DNA of 64,000 nt from an uncultured Methylomirabilota bacterium (GCA_963845565.1 CAWJSJ010000003.1:32001-96000), one strand, 5' to 3'. Counted from the stretch's first letter, positions 40,579 to 51,519 are shown. Numbers and translations: made by a program. Notes: generated by a model from the letters alone, not told the origin.

Positions 40579-41996
40579 ATGCCCGCAGGGAAACGACGGC
40601 ATCCGATGTATGAAGGGGTCGCCCTCCTGGCCGACCCCATTTACGGCTACGTCCACTTCACCGTGCCCATCGAGGGGCGGGCCGAGGAGCGGACCGAGAA
40701 AGATTTGATCGACACGCCCTGGATGCAGCGCCTCCGCCGGGTCCACCAGCTCCAGTCAAGCTTCTGGGTCTTCCCGTCAGCCGAGCATAGCCGATTCCAG
40801 CATTCCCTGGGCACCATGCACATGGCCGGCCGCTTCGCGGATCGGCTGTATCCCAGCCTGAAACAGGCCTTCGACCGGTGCCCCTCCTTCGCGTTGGTGA
40901 AGGAACTCCTGCGCGTCACCGGACTGGTGCACGACATCGGCCACGGGCCGTTCAGCCACTTCTTCGACCACCACTATTTGGAGCCCGCCTGTGGGACCAA
41001 TCACGAGGGGCTCGGCCAGCAGATCGTGACCGAAAAGCTGGCCGACCTGATCCGGGGAATCCGGCGGAGTCCCGATGGCCTGTTCAAGCCGGGCGAAACC
41101 CTGGAACCGGAGTACGTCGCCTTTCTGGTGCGCCGGCCCGAGGTCGGCGCGGAACGGCTGCCGGGCTGGCTGCGCACGCTCCAGCCCGTCTTTTCAGGCA
41201 TCTACACCGCGGACAACGTGGATTACATTCAGCGCGACGCCTACATGACCGGCTTCTCGCTGGACCTGGTGGACATCGACCGGCTCCTCTACTACACCTT
41301 CGTGACGCCCGAGGGTCTCGCCTTGCACAAGTCGGGCTCGTCGGCGCTGCGGCGTTTCGTCAACGCCCGGTTCACCATGTACGCCGATGTGTACTACCAC
41401 CGCACCAACCGCGCGATGGACCTGCACATGCAGGAGATCTTCGAGGAGACGGTGCGGCTCTTGTTTCCCTTCGACCCCCGCCGGGAACTCGATCGCTACC
41501 TCGGTGTCAGCGATTGGTCGCTGCTCGAAGGGGTGCATACCTGGCTGGAGGCGGCGGACCCGCGGAAGCGGGCGTTGGCCGAGGAGTGGTCGCGGATCGT
41601 CGGGCGCGAGGTCAAGTGGAAGATGGCCTACGACCACATGGAGACCATGGACGACCCGCGCGCCAAGAAGTTCGTGGACGCGTCGGAACTGGAACGGGAG
41701 GTCCGCCAGCAGCTCCCCCCGCACTCCGGTCGCTGCCCTTCCGGGTGGACGTCGCCCGGCAGGACCCGCGCCCATTGAATCCCTGGACCGAGGAAGCCAA
41801 GAAGATCCTGATCTATGATCCCGCCACGGACCGCGCGTCCCCGCAGCCCGTCCAGGACTTGTTCCGCTACATTCCCGCGCGAGTCGCCCACTACCGAATC
41901 TTCGCGCTGGATCACACCCACGACGACGCCCTGGCCCGCGCCACGCAGGCCGTGCTGGGGGGCCCCGGCGACCCGGCCGTCTCGACCAACGTCTAG
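40579..41996 (+). CDS. HD-domain phosphohydrolase (dNTPase/SAMHD1-like); frameshift in C run near 41715-41720
   Basis: DPIYGY, MQRLRRVHQL, AEHSRFQHSLG, LVHDIGHGPFSH, DYIQRD, VYYHRT. Confidence 0.88.
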
Positions 41997-42052
41997 CCGC
42001 CCGCCGGACACCCGTCGTCCTGCCCCGTGCCGAGGCCGTGGTCTGCCGACGC

Positions 42053-42703
42053 CTACCGGCCCGCCGGCACCTTCTTCCAGTCTGCCAGGAACCGCTCGAG
42101 CCCCGCGTCCGTGAGCGGATGCTTGAGGAGCTGCCGGAGCACGGCCGGCGGCAGCGTCGAGACGTGCGCCCCCGCGAGGGCCGCCTCGAGGAAATGGACC
42201 GGCGTCCGCAGGCTGGCCGCCAGGACCTGGGTCCCGTAGCCGTAGTTTTCGTAGATGGTCAGGATCTGGCGCACCAGGTCCATCCCGACGTGACTGATGT
42301 CGTCCAGCCGCCCGACGAAGGGGCTGATGTACGACGCGCCCGCCTTGGCAGCCAGGAGGGCCTGGGGCGCCGAAAAACAGAGGGTCACGTTGGTCCGGAT
42401 CCCCTCGGCGTGGAGCAGCCGGACGGCCTTCAGCCCTTCCGCGATGAGGGGAATTTTCACGACCACGTTCTTGTGGAGCTTCGCCAGTTCCCGCCCCTCG
42501 GCCACCATTCCCGGTGCGTCGGTGCTCACCACCTCCAAATTGATCGGCCCGTCCACGACCGTGAGGATCTCCGCCACGATGTCCCGGAAGGGCCGCCCTT
42601 CCTTGGCAATCAGCGACGGATTGGTGGTGACGCCGTCCACCAGCCCCAAGGCCGCCATCTCCCGAATCTCCTTCACGTCCGCGGTATCCAGGAAGATTTG
42701 CAC
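42053..42703 (-). CDS. tal: Transaldolase / fructose-6-phosphate aldolase family
   Basis: [36 protein letters not shown]. Confidence 0.9.
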   Translation of the reverse strand: MQIFLDTADVKEIREMAALGLVDGVTTNPSLIAKEGRPFRDIVAEILTVVDGPINLEVVSTDAPGMVAEGRELAKLHKNVVVKIPLIAEGLKAVRLLHAEGIRTNVTLCFSAPQALLAAKAGASYISPFVGRLDDISHVGMDLVRQILTIYENYGYGTQVLAASLRTPVHFLEAALAGAHVSTLPPAVLRQLLKHPLTDAGLERFLADWKKVPAGR

Positions 42704-42794
42704 GGCACACCTCCTTTTGTCCGGCGGCGGGATCCGTTGGCGGCCTCCCGCGCGACCGGCCCTGCCAGATCCGACACGCGCCCCGCGTCTCGTC

Positions 42795-43478
42795 TCACCC
42801 CCGCGAGCCGAAGATCGCCGTTCCGATCCGGACCAGCGTGGCTCCCTCCTCGATGGCCACCTCGAAATCATGGGTCATGCCCATGGAGAGGTCGGGAAGG
42901 GCCCATCCCTCGGACTCCAGCCGGTCGCGCAGGTCGCGCAAACGGCGGAAGAACGGCCGCGCCGACTCAGGATCGGGCAGGAACGGCGGGATGGTCATGA
43001 GCCCCTGGACGGACAGCTGGGGCAGCCCCCGGGTCGCCTCGAGCAGCGGTCGGACGTCGGCGGCGGCGGCCCCGCTCTTCTGCGCCTCCTCCCCGACGTT
43101 GACCTGCACCAGGCAGCGCAGCCGCCGCCCCGCCTCCTCGGCGTGCCGTCCGAGTTCCTCGGCCAGCCGCACCGAGTCCAGCGAATGGATGCAGTCGAAG
43201 AGCGCGACTGCCAGCTTGGCCTTGTTCGTCTGCAGATGGCCGATCAGATGCCACTCGGCCACACCGCAGACCGCCTCGACCTTCTCGCGCGCTTCCTGCA
43301 CGCGGTTTTCCCCCAGGATCTTCACGCCGGCCGCCACGGCCTCGTGAACCGCCGCCACGGGCATCGTCTTGCTTACGGCCACCAGGGTCACGGCGGAGCT
43401 CGGCCGGCCGCTCCGGGCCGCCGCCGCCTCGATCCGGCGGGACACCGCCGCCAACCGCTCCCGAATCCCCTCGACCAT
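42795..43478 (-). CDS. yggS: PLP homeostasis protein YggS
   Basis: [52 protein letters not shown]. Confidence 0.93.
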   Translation of the reverse strand: MVEGIRERLAAVSRRIEAAAARSGRPSSAVTLVAVSKTMPVAAVHEAVAAGVKILGENRVQEAREKVEAVCGVAEWHLIGHLQTNKAKLAVALFDCIHSLDSVRLAEELGRHAEEAGRRLRCLVQVNVGEEAQKSGAAAADVRPLLEATRGLPQLSVQGLMTIPPFLPDPESARPFFRRLRDLRDRLESEGWALPDLSMGMTHDFEVAIEEGATLVRIGTAIFGSRG

Positions 43479-43564
43479 GCGATCCCCCGTCGTGCGCGCC
43501 CACACGCCCCACCGCGCCATCCGAGCGCGGGGTCGTCCCGTTCGCGGGTCGGAATTCGTGCCGA

Positions 43565-43891
43565 TTACCCGTGCGCCGGCTTGGGCGCCATGACGACGAG
43601 CACCGTCACCGGCTCGGCGGTTCGGTTGGCAACACCGTGCACGCACCCGGCCGGCGCCAGGACCGCGACCCCGGGGCCCACCTCGGCCTCTTCTGCGCCC
43701 ACCCGGATCGTGGCAGAGCCGCTCTGCACGTAGTAGACCTTGTCCGAGCCGGCGTGGGCGTGCACCCGCTGAGCTTGTCCGGGGGCAAGGCAGTACAGGT
43801 CGCAGAAGAAGTGCGGGCTCTCGAACAGTGCGACCTTCAGCATCCTGTCGTCCGCGAACCGCGCCTGGTGCGCGATCGTCACCTGCTGCAT
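43565..43891 (-). CDS. Cupin domain protein
   Basis: PGQAQRVHAH...YYV..G...PAGCVHGV.N. Confidence 0.85.
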   Translation of the reverse strand: MQQVTIAHQARFADDRMLKVALFESPHFFCDLYCLAPGQAQRVHAHAGSDKVYYVQSGSATIRVGAEEAEVGPGVAVLAPAGCVHGVANRTAEPVTVLVVMAPKPAHG

Positions 43892-43925
43892 GGCCTGGCG
43901 CTCCTCCCCGGCCGAGCCGGATCGG

Positions 43926-44831
43926 TTACTCTGCTCCGCCGTCTCCCTGCTGCCGGCGCAGGAATTGCTCGGCCTCGCGAATCAGGTCGGCGGCGCTGGG
44001 CAATTCGTCGGCGGCCGGCTCGTCCGCCGGATCGGCCTGCGCCTGTCGCTCCTCGAGTTCCCGCACATATTTCTCGACTTCCGGTTTCTGCGCCAGGATG
44101 CGGGCAAGCTGCCGATCGAACTCCGCCGCCGCCTCGGTCAGTTCGGACAGGTCCGCCGGCCACTCCAGGAAGTCGAGGACGCGCCGCACCAGAGCCAGCA
44201 CCGCGTGGGGGTTGCTGACCTCCGAGATGTAATGCGGGACGTTGGCCCACAGGCTGACGGCAGGCATGTCGGCACGGCGGCAGGCGTCGTTCAACACGCC
44301 GAGGATCCCGGTGGGCCCTTCGTACCGCGTGGCGGTCGTCTGGAATCGTGCACGCAGTTCGGGATCGCTGGCCACGCCCGAGATCCGGGTCGGGCGCGTG
44401 TGAGGGACATCGGCCAAGAGCGCCCCCAGCGTGATGACCAGCGACACCTGGGCGCGGCGGGCGAGATCCAGGATGTGCCCGCAGAAGGTCTGCCATTTCA
44501 GATGCGGCTCGATCCCCACGCCGACGATGACATCCCGGGCCAACGCCGGTTCGTCGCTCCGGACGAAGTCGGTCGTCGGCCAGTGGACGTCCCGGATGCC
44601 CGAGGCGTCCTTTCGGAATCGGACTTCGGGCCGGGTGAGGCCGAAATGATAGAACTCCTCCGGCTCGATCACGGCCAGGGGCTTCGACGGCCAGGTCCGG
44701 GACAGGACGCGCGCCGCCGAGGTCGCGCTCTCTGCGGCGTCGTTCCAGCCCGAGAACGCCACCACCAACACCGGCCGGCGCCAATCGGGCGGCACACCCT
44801 GCATGCGAAGCGGCGACGAGGCGTCTGGCAT
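43926..44831 (-). CDS. PAC2 family (proteasome assembly chaperone-like) protein
   Basis: AFSGWNDAAESA, EPHLKW, LGALLADVPHTRP, YEGPTGI, WANVPHY, YVRELE. Confidence 0.88.
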   Translation of the reverse strand: MPDASSPLRMQGVPPDWRRPVLVVAFSGWNDAAESATSAARVLSRTWPSKPLAVIEPEEFYHFGLTRPEVRFRKDASGIRDVHWPTTDFVRSDEPALARDVIVGVGIEPHLKWQTFCGHILDLARRAQVSLVITLGALLADVPHTRPTRISGVASDPELRARFQTTATRYEGPTGILGVLNDACRRADMPAVSLWANVPHYISEVSNPHAVLALVRRVLDFLEWPADLSELTEAAAEFDRQLARILAQKPEVEKYVRELEERQAQADPADEPAADELPSAADLIREAEQFLRRQQGDGGAE

Positions 44832-44989
44832 GAGCGTGATCCCTTCTCCCGGGTCGTTATGCGGGCGGGGCGGCGGATGGCTCGCCCGGTGATTGGCGCC
44901 GCCCCGGCGAGCACGCCCTCCGTGCACGTCTGGTGGCCTGCAGGGCGCGCGGACGCGCGACATGACGCGTCAGGTACCGGACACCGCCG

Positions 44990-45298
44990 TCAGTCCAGAT
45001 CGATGTCCCGGATCGGCTTGCTGAGCGGAACGTCCTTTGTCCGCTTGAGCGCGTCCTGGAATTTCTTATCCAGCAGGTCCTTTTTGCTCTTTTGGAGCTT
45101 CAGCGACTCTTCGAACCGCGCCTGACGCTGAGCCGCCTCCGCCTTCAGACCTTTCACCGCGTCGGTGAGATCCTTGATGGACCGCTCCTCCGGCGGCAGT
45201 TCGTGGGAGAGGACCGCCCGCATCTCCGGATCCACGCGGAGCTTGGCCTGGCAGCACGGGCACAACACTTCGAAGGGTTCCTGCGGTTCCTGACTCAT
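44990..45298 (-). CDS. Zinc-ribbon hypothetical protein
   Basis: FEVLCPCCQAKLRVD...KPIRDIDLD; GGAGG RBS. Confidence 0.72.
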   Translation of the reverse strand: MSQEPQEPFEVLCPCCQAKLRVDPEMRAVLSHELPPEERSIKDLTDAVKGLKAEAAQRQARFEESLKLQKSKKDLLDKKFQDALKRTKDVPLSKPIRDIDLD

Positions 45299-45433
45299 AC
45301 GACCTCCACGGCGTTCCAGATGTTTGTATCAGGTGGAGTCGGGGAGATCAAGTGCGAAGCGCGGAAACGCGGACACGGCCGGGGCACACCGTTGCCCCTG
45401 GCGCGCGCGTCGGACGGACGGCGGGCGGACCGG

Positions 45434-45865
45434 CTACTTCCCGGAGAACCGGTATTCGAAATCCTTAAGGAGTCCCTGGCTATCGAAGCGGACGGTCAAC
45501 ATCTCGACGCGCTCCGTGGTGCGCGTGAACCAGCCCGAGGTCCGGTCGCGATGGTAAATGAACGTCTCGATCCCGGGCGAGAACACGACTTCTTGCGGCA
45601 CCCCGAACCGCTCGCGCACCTCCGCCTTCGTCGTCTTCCCCTGGACCAGGTCCTTCAGCCTCTCCTCGTCGGCAATGCGGGCCCCGGCCTCGCGGAGCGA
45701 CGGGCGCGCCGGTGGCGGTGGGGCCGGCGCGGCGGCCGGGGCCGCTTGCCCGCCGGCCGACGGGTCGGCCGTCGTGGTTCGGGAAAACATTCCACACCCG
45801 CCGATCAGGATCACACCCACGATGAGGGCCGGCACCGTCGCACAGGTCCAACGGACATCCCGCAT
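45434..45865 (-). CDS. BamE/SmpA-like lipoprotein
   Basis: Lipobox-like IGGC, LVQGKTTKAEVRERFGVP...LTVRFD..G. Confidence 0.7.
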   Translation of the reverse strand: MRDVRWTCATVPALIVGVILIGGCGMFSRTTTADPSAGGQAAPAAAPAPPPPARPSLREAGARIADEERLKDLVQGKTTKAEVRERFGVPQEVVFSPGIETFIYHRDRTSGWFTRTTERVEMLTVRFDSQGLLKDFEYRFSGK

Positions 45866-46139
45866 GCGAACCACCTCTTCCTCCTCCTTCGTGTCACCTT
45901 CGCACCAGGCCCGCCGCCCCATCCGCGGCGGTTGGCGTCGGGAAACGCAGGCAATCTAAGCCAGGCACCTGCCATCCGTCAACCGTTTTCCCCTCCGAGC
46001 GGTCCACCCCCGCCGCCACCACGTAGTATTCGTGCACACGACTCGCGAATCCAGCGGGAACACCAACCCAGCGGCGGCGCATCGCCTTGGCACCTCAACC
46101 GGGATTCGTACTCTGGTGGTGTTTTGCGCCCCAACCTGT

Positions 46140-46528
46140 GTTAGGCATCCCTGATGCCGATGCGCGGGCGACGCTGGGCAGCCTGCTCACGACCGCGGGA
46201 CACACGGTGTGGCAGGCAGAGGGTGGGGCGGCGGGTGTGTCGCTCTCTTCCGCACGAGGGTCGTGGAAGCGGTCCTGACCGATTTGGGGATGCCCGAGGT
46301 CAGCGGGTGGGAGGTGGCGCGCGCCGTCAAGGCCGAACGCGCGCACATTCCGGTCATTCTCTTGACCGGTTGGGGGGACAACCACCGATCGAGCCCACCG
46401 AGCGGGGCCTCGTGGATCGGGTACTCGGCAAGCCGTGCCGGATCCAGGACATCCAGGCGGCCCTCCGGGACCTGGTCCGCACCCCGTCACCGGCCGCCCG
46501 CCACGATTCGCCGCCCGATGTGCCCTGA
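46140..46528 (+). pseudogene. Response-regulator receiver domain, frameshifted
   Basis: LGSLLTTAGHTV..AEGG / VLTDLGMPEVSGWEVARAVK..VILLTGW / VDRVLGKP across frames. Confidence 0.65.
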
Positions 46529-46563
46529 GGCGGCCTACCTCGCCACACCGCTGCACGCGAGCC

Positions 46564-47070
46564 TCAGGAGATGCGGTTTCGCCTCCGGTAGGCCGCCGGG
46601 CTCTCGTACCGCTCCTGTGCCCACATGCCGGCGCGTTCCCGCTGCGCCCAACGTTCGGCATCGCCCAGGTCGCGGCAATACGCTTGACAGCGCGTGCCGC
46701 GGTACACTTCCGCGAAACCGGCCCGGACCATCTCCACGTTGACGTTGGCGCCGTCGTGCCAGAGCACGGCCAGGATCCGCCGGTAGACGTCCGGCCCGAA
46801 AAGCTCGACCCGAACCTGCCGGTTGAGAACCAGACGGGCAAGATACCGACCCGCCTCCAGCCCGAACGGTTGTCCCGGCTTCCCACGGTGCGGGGTCTCC
46901 GGTGCATCGATTCCCAGGAGCCGGACACGCAGCACCGTGGCGTTCTCCGAGGTCGCCATCAGCGTATCCCCGTCCGCCACCCGCTCGACCGTGGCCAAGA
47001 TTCCGCGGGGAGGTGCGGCCTGCGCCGCCGTCGCCAGCAGCACCAGAGCCGCCGCTGCCAGCCACCACAT
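46564..47070 (-). CDS. Thermonuclease (SNase) family protein
   Basis: VERVADGDTL, VRLLGIDAPET, DVYRRILA, VNVEMVRAGFA. Confidence 0.88.
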   Translation of the reverse strand: MWWLAAAALVLLATAAQAAPPRGILATVERVADGDTLMATSENATVLRVRLLGIDAPETPHRGKPGQPFGLEAGRYLARLVLNRQVRVELFGPDVYRRILAVLWHDGANVNVEMVRAGFAEVYRGTRCQAYCRDLGDAERWAQRERAGMWAQERYESPAAYRRRNRIS

Positions 47071-47233
47071 CCCCCGCCGGATCCTCTCGGCGATGCCGGA
47101 AGATTTCGGTCGCGACCACGCAATGGAAACGGCGCGGCTGGTCAGCGTCGCACCACGGTACTCCGGGCGGGTGTCATCCGAGTTGCGTCCTTCCTTGGGT
47201 ATCGCGGGCGTCCCGCGGTCGATGGTCGGCCGG

Positions 47234-48073
47234 TTACCTCGCCCACCGCGCGGCTCTCTCCAAGAGCCGCGTGCGCCCGGCCGGGGACAGACCGAGGCGG
47301 TCGATCTCGGCCTGGAGCTGTTCGCGGCTGCCGTATCCGGCCAGGTAGCCGTTCACCCGGGCCGCGGCCGTGGAGCCGACGAGGTCCGCCTCCGCCGGAT
47401 AGATCGCCGTGAACTCCTGCAACAGGTCCCGTGCCTGCCGCAGCGAATATTTCTGGTGATAATCCTCCGCCATCGTGAAACGGGTGGCCGGGAGAATCTC
47501 CGTGAAGACCGCGGATCCGAGCGCGGCCGCCACCCTGTCTTTGGCGGCGTTCGCAAGAATGCGCTGCTGTTCGTCGTGATAGAAGACGACCGGCCGATAC
47601 TGCCGTGACCAGGTGCGGCTGGTCGGGCTGTGTTCCTTCCAGAAGACCTCCAGGAGCTCGGCGTACCCGACCCGGGAAGGGTCGAAGTCCACCTGCAGTG
47701 TTTCGGTGTGATCCCCGAGATTGTGGTACGTCGGTGCGCTGGTCGTTCCGCCGGCATACCCGACGCGCGTACGAATGACCCCCGTGATGCTCCCGAACCG
47801 GGCATCTGGTCCCCAGAATCACCCCAGGGCGAAGGTGGCTGTCTGGACGCCCGCCGGCCGCTCCTCATCCAGAGGCGGCCGCGTCGCGACGGTCCGATTC
47901 GCCATCGCCATTCCCATGGCCTGCTCCTTCCGGGATCGCTCGGCGCTGTCCGCGCCGAAGACCCCGCCGAACGTGACGCACGCCCAGATCGCCCCAACGG
48001 CCGTCACCGTCAGGCCGACCCAGATCCCCCGCCGCCTCCAGCGCGTCCAATCCAATATTCCGTCCCCGGCCAT
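47234..48073 (-). CDS. msrA: Selenocysteine-containing peptide methionine sulfoxide reductase A with N-terminal hydrophobic segment
   Basis: ATFALG-U(TGA 47819-47821)-FWG...TRVGYAGG...HTE...AEDYHQKY; two listed ORFs are in frame across the TGA. Confidence 0.9.
47786..47806 (-). promoter_or_regulatory. Putative bacterial SECIS of msrA
   Basis: mRNA GAUGC-CCG-GUU-CGG-GA-GCAUC hairpin starting 12 nt after the UGA. Confidence 0.65.
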
Positions 48074-48313
48074 TTGACATTCCTCCCCAAACGATCATGG
48101 GGCCTTTAGGACGCGCGGTCAAGTGTCGCGTGCCTGCGTGCCGGTTTGGTGTGCGCGCCAGGACCGTCACGGTCTTCCGCCGTCCGTTCGTGTTGACCCG
48201 ACGCCCGGAAGAGGCTATAACGCATCGCGACTGCAACGACGGCACCCTGACGTGGCTCGGACCACCTCGTGTAACCCGGGCCCTCGACCCACCCACCCAA
48301 GAAAGGAGTCCGC

Positions 48314-48889
48314 ATGAAGGTCGTGGCGTTCAATGGCAGTGCCCGGCTGGACGGGAACACCGCCATCCTGCTGAAGACCGTCCTCACGGAACTGGAGCGG
48401 GACGGCATCCAGACGGAGCTCATCCAGCTCGCGCAGGAGCACCTGCGGGGCTGCGGCGCGTGTTTTCGGTGCTTCAAGCAGAAGGACCAGCGCTGTTCCA
48501 TCGACAGCGATCCGATCAATGCGTATATCGCCAAGATGGCCGCGGCCGACGGCATTCTGCTCGGTTCGCCGGTCTATTTCGCCGATGTGACGGCCAATAC
48601 CAAAGCCCTCATCGAGCGGTGCGGGATGGTCGCGCGCGCCAACGGCGACCTCTATCAGCGCAAGGTCGGCGCCGGCGTGGTGGCCGTCCGGCGTGGCGGT
48701 GCCATCCACGCCTTTAATAGTCTGAACCACTTCTTCACCATCGGGCAGATGGTGATCGTCGGGTCCAGCTACTGGAACATCGGGATCGGCCGGGAGGTGG
48801 GGGCTGTCTCCTCGGACGAGGAAGGCATCAAGACCATGCAGCGGCTCGGTCAGAACATGGCGTGGGTTCTCAAGAAGCTGCAGGGGTGA
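48314..48889 (+). CDS. Iron-sulfur flavoprotein / flavodoxin family
   Basis: FNGSAR..GNT, CGACFRC.....C, GSPVYF, RRGGA. Confidence 0.88.
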   Translation: MKVVAFNGSARLDGNTAILLKTVLTELERDGIQTELIQLAQEHLRGCGACFRCFKQKDQRCSIDSDPINAYIAKMAAADGILLGSPVYFADVTANTKALIERCGMVARANGDLYQRKVGAGVVAVRRGGAIHAFNSLNHFFTIGQMVIVGSSYWNIGIGREVGAVSSDEEGIKTMQRLGQNMAWVLKKLQG

Positions 48890-49028
48890 GCCGGCGAAAT
48901 GGATCGGCGGTCAGGATGGGTGCGGTGTCACCGCGTACCGGCAACGCCTGATCCGTTCCGGACCCCAGATCTCAAAGGTTCTTATTGAGCCCGCACGATT
49001 CGCGAGCTGTGTTCGCGAATCGTGCGGG

Positions 49029-49859
49029 CTAGCGCAGCGCCCCGACCTGGACGCCGTCCATGTCGTCGAACGTCTGATTCTCGCCGCCCATGGCCCAGCA
49101 GAACGTGTACCGGCGCGTGGCGGTCGCGCAGTGGATGGACCAGGCGGGCGAGATCACCACCTGACGGTCCGCCACCACCAGGTGCCGGGTCTCGTCGGGC
49201 CGCCCCATGAAGTGGAACACCCGCGCGTCCGGCGCGACGTCGAAATACATGTACACCTCGGAGCGGCGGGTGTGGGTGTGCGGCGGCATCGTGTTCCAAA
49301 CGCTGCCTTCTTCCAGGACCGTGAACCCCATCACCAGCTGACAGCTCTTGATCCCGTCGGGGTGGATGTACTTGTGGATCGTGCGGCGGTTGCACTCGGC
49401 CTGCGATCCCAGCTGGACCTTGGCGCAATCGGCCCGCCTGGCCAACGTGGTCGGGAACGCGGCGTGGGCGGGGTAGCTGGCCAGATAGAACTGCGCCGGC
49501 TGCTTGGCGTCGTCGCTCGCCAACGCGATCTCACGACTTCCCCGCCCGACATACAGCGCATCCAGCGGGCCCATCCCGTGCGTCACCCCATCCACGCGCA
49601 CCGTGCCGTTCCCCCCGATGTTCAGGATGCCCAGCTCGCGCCGCTGACAGAAGAAGGCGGCGCGGAGTTCCTCCGCCGCCGAGAGAGCCAGAGGCGCTGC
49701 CAGCGGGACGGCCGAGCCGACCACCGCACGGTCCGCCTCGCAATACACCAGCCGCGTCTCCCCCGCCGCAAACAAGGATGCCACCAGGAACGTGTCCCGC
49801 AACTCGGCAGCGCTCATCGTGGCGTACCGCACACCATCTGCAAGATACCGCGTCTCCAT
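49029..49859 (-). CDS. kduI: 4-deoxy-L-threo-5-hexosulose-uronate ketol-isomerase
   Basis: RRELGILNIGG, SCQLVMG.T, WNTMPPHTH.RRSEVY, WSIH, MGGENQ. Confidence 0.93.
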   Translation of the reverse strand: METRYLADGVRYATMSAAELRDTFLVASLFAAGETRLVYCEADRAVVGSAVPLAAPLALSAAEELRAAFFCQRRELGILNIGGNGTVRVDGVTHGMGPLDALYVGRGSREIALASDDAKQPAQFYLASYPAHAAFPTTLARRADCAKVQLGSQAECNRRTIHKYIHPDGIKSCQLVMGFTVLEEGSVWNTMPPHTHTRRSEVYMYFDVAPDARVFHFMGRPDETRHLVVADRQVVISPAWSIHCATATRRYTFCWAMGGENQTFDDMDGVQVGALR

Positions 49860-49914
49860 GCGCCTCGCTCCTTTTCCGGATGATACACACAAAGGGGTTC
49901 GTGGTGGATCCGCC

Positions 49915-50019
49915 TTAGGAGCCGTTACGAAATAACCTATACATCTCGTTCTATTTCGTTACGGCTCCTTATGCCGTTTCGGAATGTCTCCGCTCAACTA
50001 ATTCTTTGACAACGGCTTA
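49915..50019 (-). repeat. Dispersed ~105-bp repeat copy (reverse)
   Basis: Reverse complement near-identical to copy 1. Confidence 0.92.
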
Positions 50020-50052
50020 CCGCACGAACGGTACCTTAGACCTGCGGATGCG

Positions 50053-51510
50053 TCAACCCCGCCGGCCTCCGGACCCAGCGGCGGGGTCACCGGGGCTTGA
50101 GGACCCTGCGCGCGAGCCACGCGCCCGCAGCGCCGCCAGCAGCTTCTCGTGGATGTCGTCGAAGGCGCCGTTGGACATGATCAGCACTACGGTATCCCGC
50201 GCCGGTCGGTCGGCGAGCGCCCGTACCACCTCCGCGGCGTTCGGGTACAGCGCCGCCGCCTGCCCGCTCTGCCGCAGGGCCGCGACCAATGCCGCGGAGT
50301 CGAACCGCTCCCCCTCCGGGATCCTCTCCGCGTCGAACGGCGGGACCACGATCACCTCGTCGGCCGCGGCGAACGCCCCGGGGTAGGCTTCCTGAAAATA
50401 TCTCCGCCGGCTCGTGGCGGTCCGCGGCTCGAACACGGCCACGAGGTGGGCGCGGGGATACCGCGCCCGGGCCGCCCGTACGGTCTCCCGGACCTTGGTG
50501 GGATGATGGGCGAAGTCGTCGATGACCGTCACGCCGTCCACCGCCCCCCGCACCTGCATCCGACGCGCGACGCCCGCGAAACCGGCCAGGCACGCGGCGG
50601 CCCGCGCGGGATCCAGACCCACGGCCTCCGCCGCGGCCAGCGCCCCGAGCGTGTTGGCCACGTTGTGGCGCCCAGCCAGCGAGAGATGCACCGTCCCGAG
50701 GTCGCGCCCCGCGCGGTGGAGCACGAAGCGCGTCGCGTCCGCTCCGGGCCGGATATCCGTGGCCCGCCACACTGCGCCAGGATTCAAACCGTACGAGACG
50801 ACCCGACACGGCGCCCCGCTCGCCAGGGCGGTCACCTCCGGGTCGTCGGCACAGGCGACCAGCAGGCCGTCGGCCGGCAGCAACGAGAGGAGCGTCGCGA
50901 AGGCAGCGCGGTAGGCTTCCATGTCCCGGTAGATGTCGGCGTGATCGAATTCCACCGCCGTCAGCACCACGATCGTCGGACGGTAGTGGACGAACTTGGG
51001 TCGCTTGTCGAAGAAGGCGGTGTCGTACTCGTCCCCCTCGACCACGAACACCCCGCCCTGGCCGAGGTGGAAGCTCTTGCCGAAGTTCTGCGGAATCCCT
51101 CCCACCAGGAAGGACGGATCGAACCCCGCCTCCATCAGCAGGTACGACAGCAGCGCCGCCGTGGTGGTCTTGCCGTGGGTCCCCGCCACCACCACCGACG
51201 ACTTGCCCGCGATGAAGAACTCCGACAGCGCCTGCGGGAAACTCATCACGCGAAAGCCCCGCTGCAGCGCGGCCTGCGCCTCGGGGTTGTCTTTGCGACA
51301 CACGTTGCCCACGATCACCAGATCGGTGTCGGGATCGATGTGCGCCGGATCGAAGCCCTGCCGGGTGGGAATCCCCCAGGCTTGCAGTCGTTCAGCCATG
51401 GGCGGATAGAATGCCCGGTCGGATCCGGTCACCTCGTGTCCGGCCTCCTTGAGGAGCCCGGCCATCGCCCCCATGCCCGTGCCGCAGATGGCCACCATGT
51501 GCACCTTCAT
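50053..51510 (-). CDS. mpl: Murein peptide ligase (MurC-like)
   Basis: ICGTGMG, AGTHGKTTT, EGDEYDTAFFDKRPKF.HY, EFDHADI, DDFAHHPT, MSNG.F. Confidence 0.9.
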   Translation of the reverse strand: MKVHMVAICGTGMGAMAGLLKEAGHEVTGSDRAFYPPMAERLQAWGIPTRQGFDPAHIDPDTDLVIVGNVCRKDNPEAQAALQRGFRVMSFPQALSEFFIAGKSSVVVAGTHGKTTTAALLSYLLMEAGFDPSFLVGGIPQNFGKSFHLGQGGVFVVEGDEYDTAFFDKRPKFVHYRPTIVVLTAVEFDHADIYRDMEAYRAAFATLLSLLPADGLLVACADDPEVTALASGAPCRVVSYGLNPGAVWRATDIRPGADATRFVLHRAGRDLGTVHLSLAGRHNVANTLGALAAAEAVGLDPARAAACLAGFAGVARRMQVRGAVDGVTVIDDFAHHPTKVRETVRAARARYPRAHLVAVFEPRTATSRRRYFQEAYPGAFAAADEVIVVPPFDAERIPEGERFDSAALVAALRQSGQAAALYPNAAEVVRALADRPARDTVVLIMSNGAFDDIHEKLLAALRARGSRAGSSSPGDPAAGSGGRRG

Positions 51511-51519
51511 CCTGTCCCC

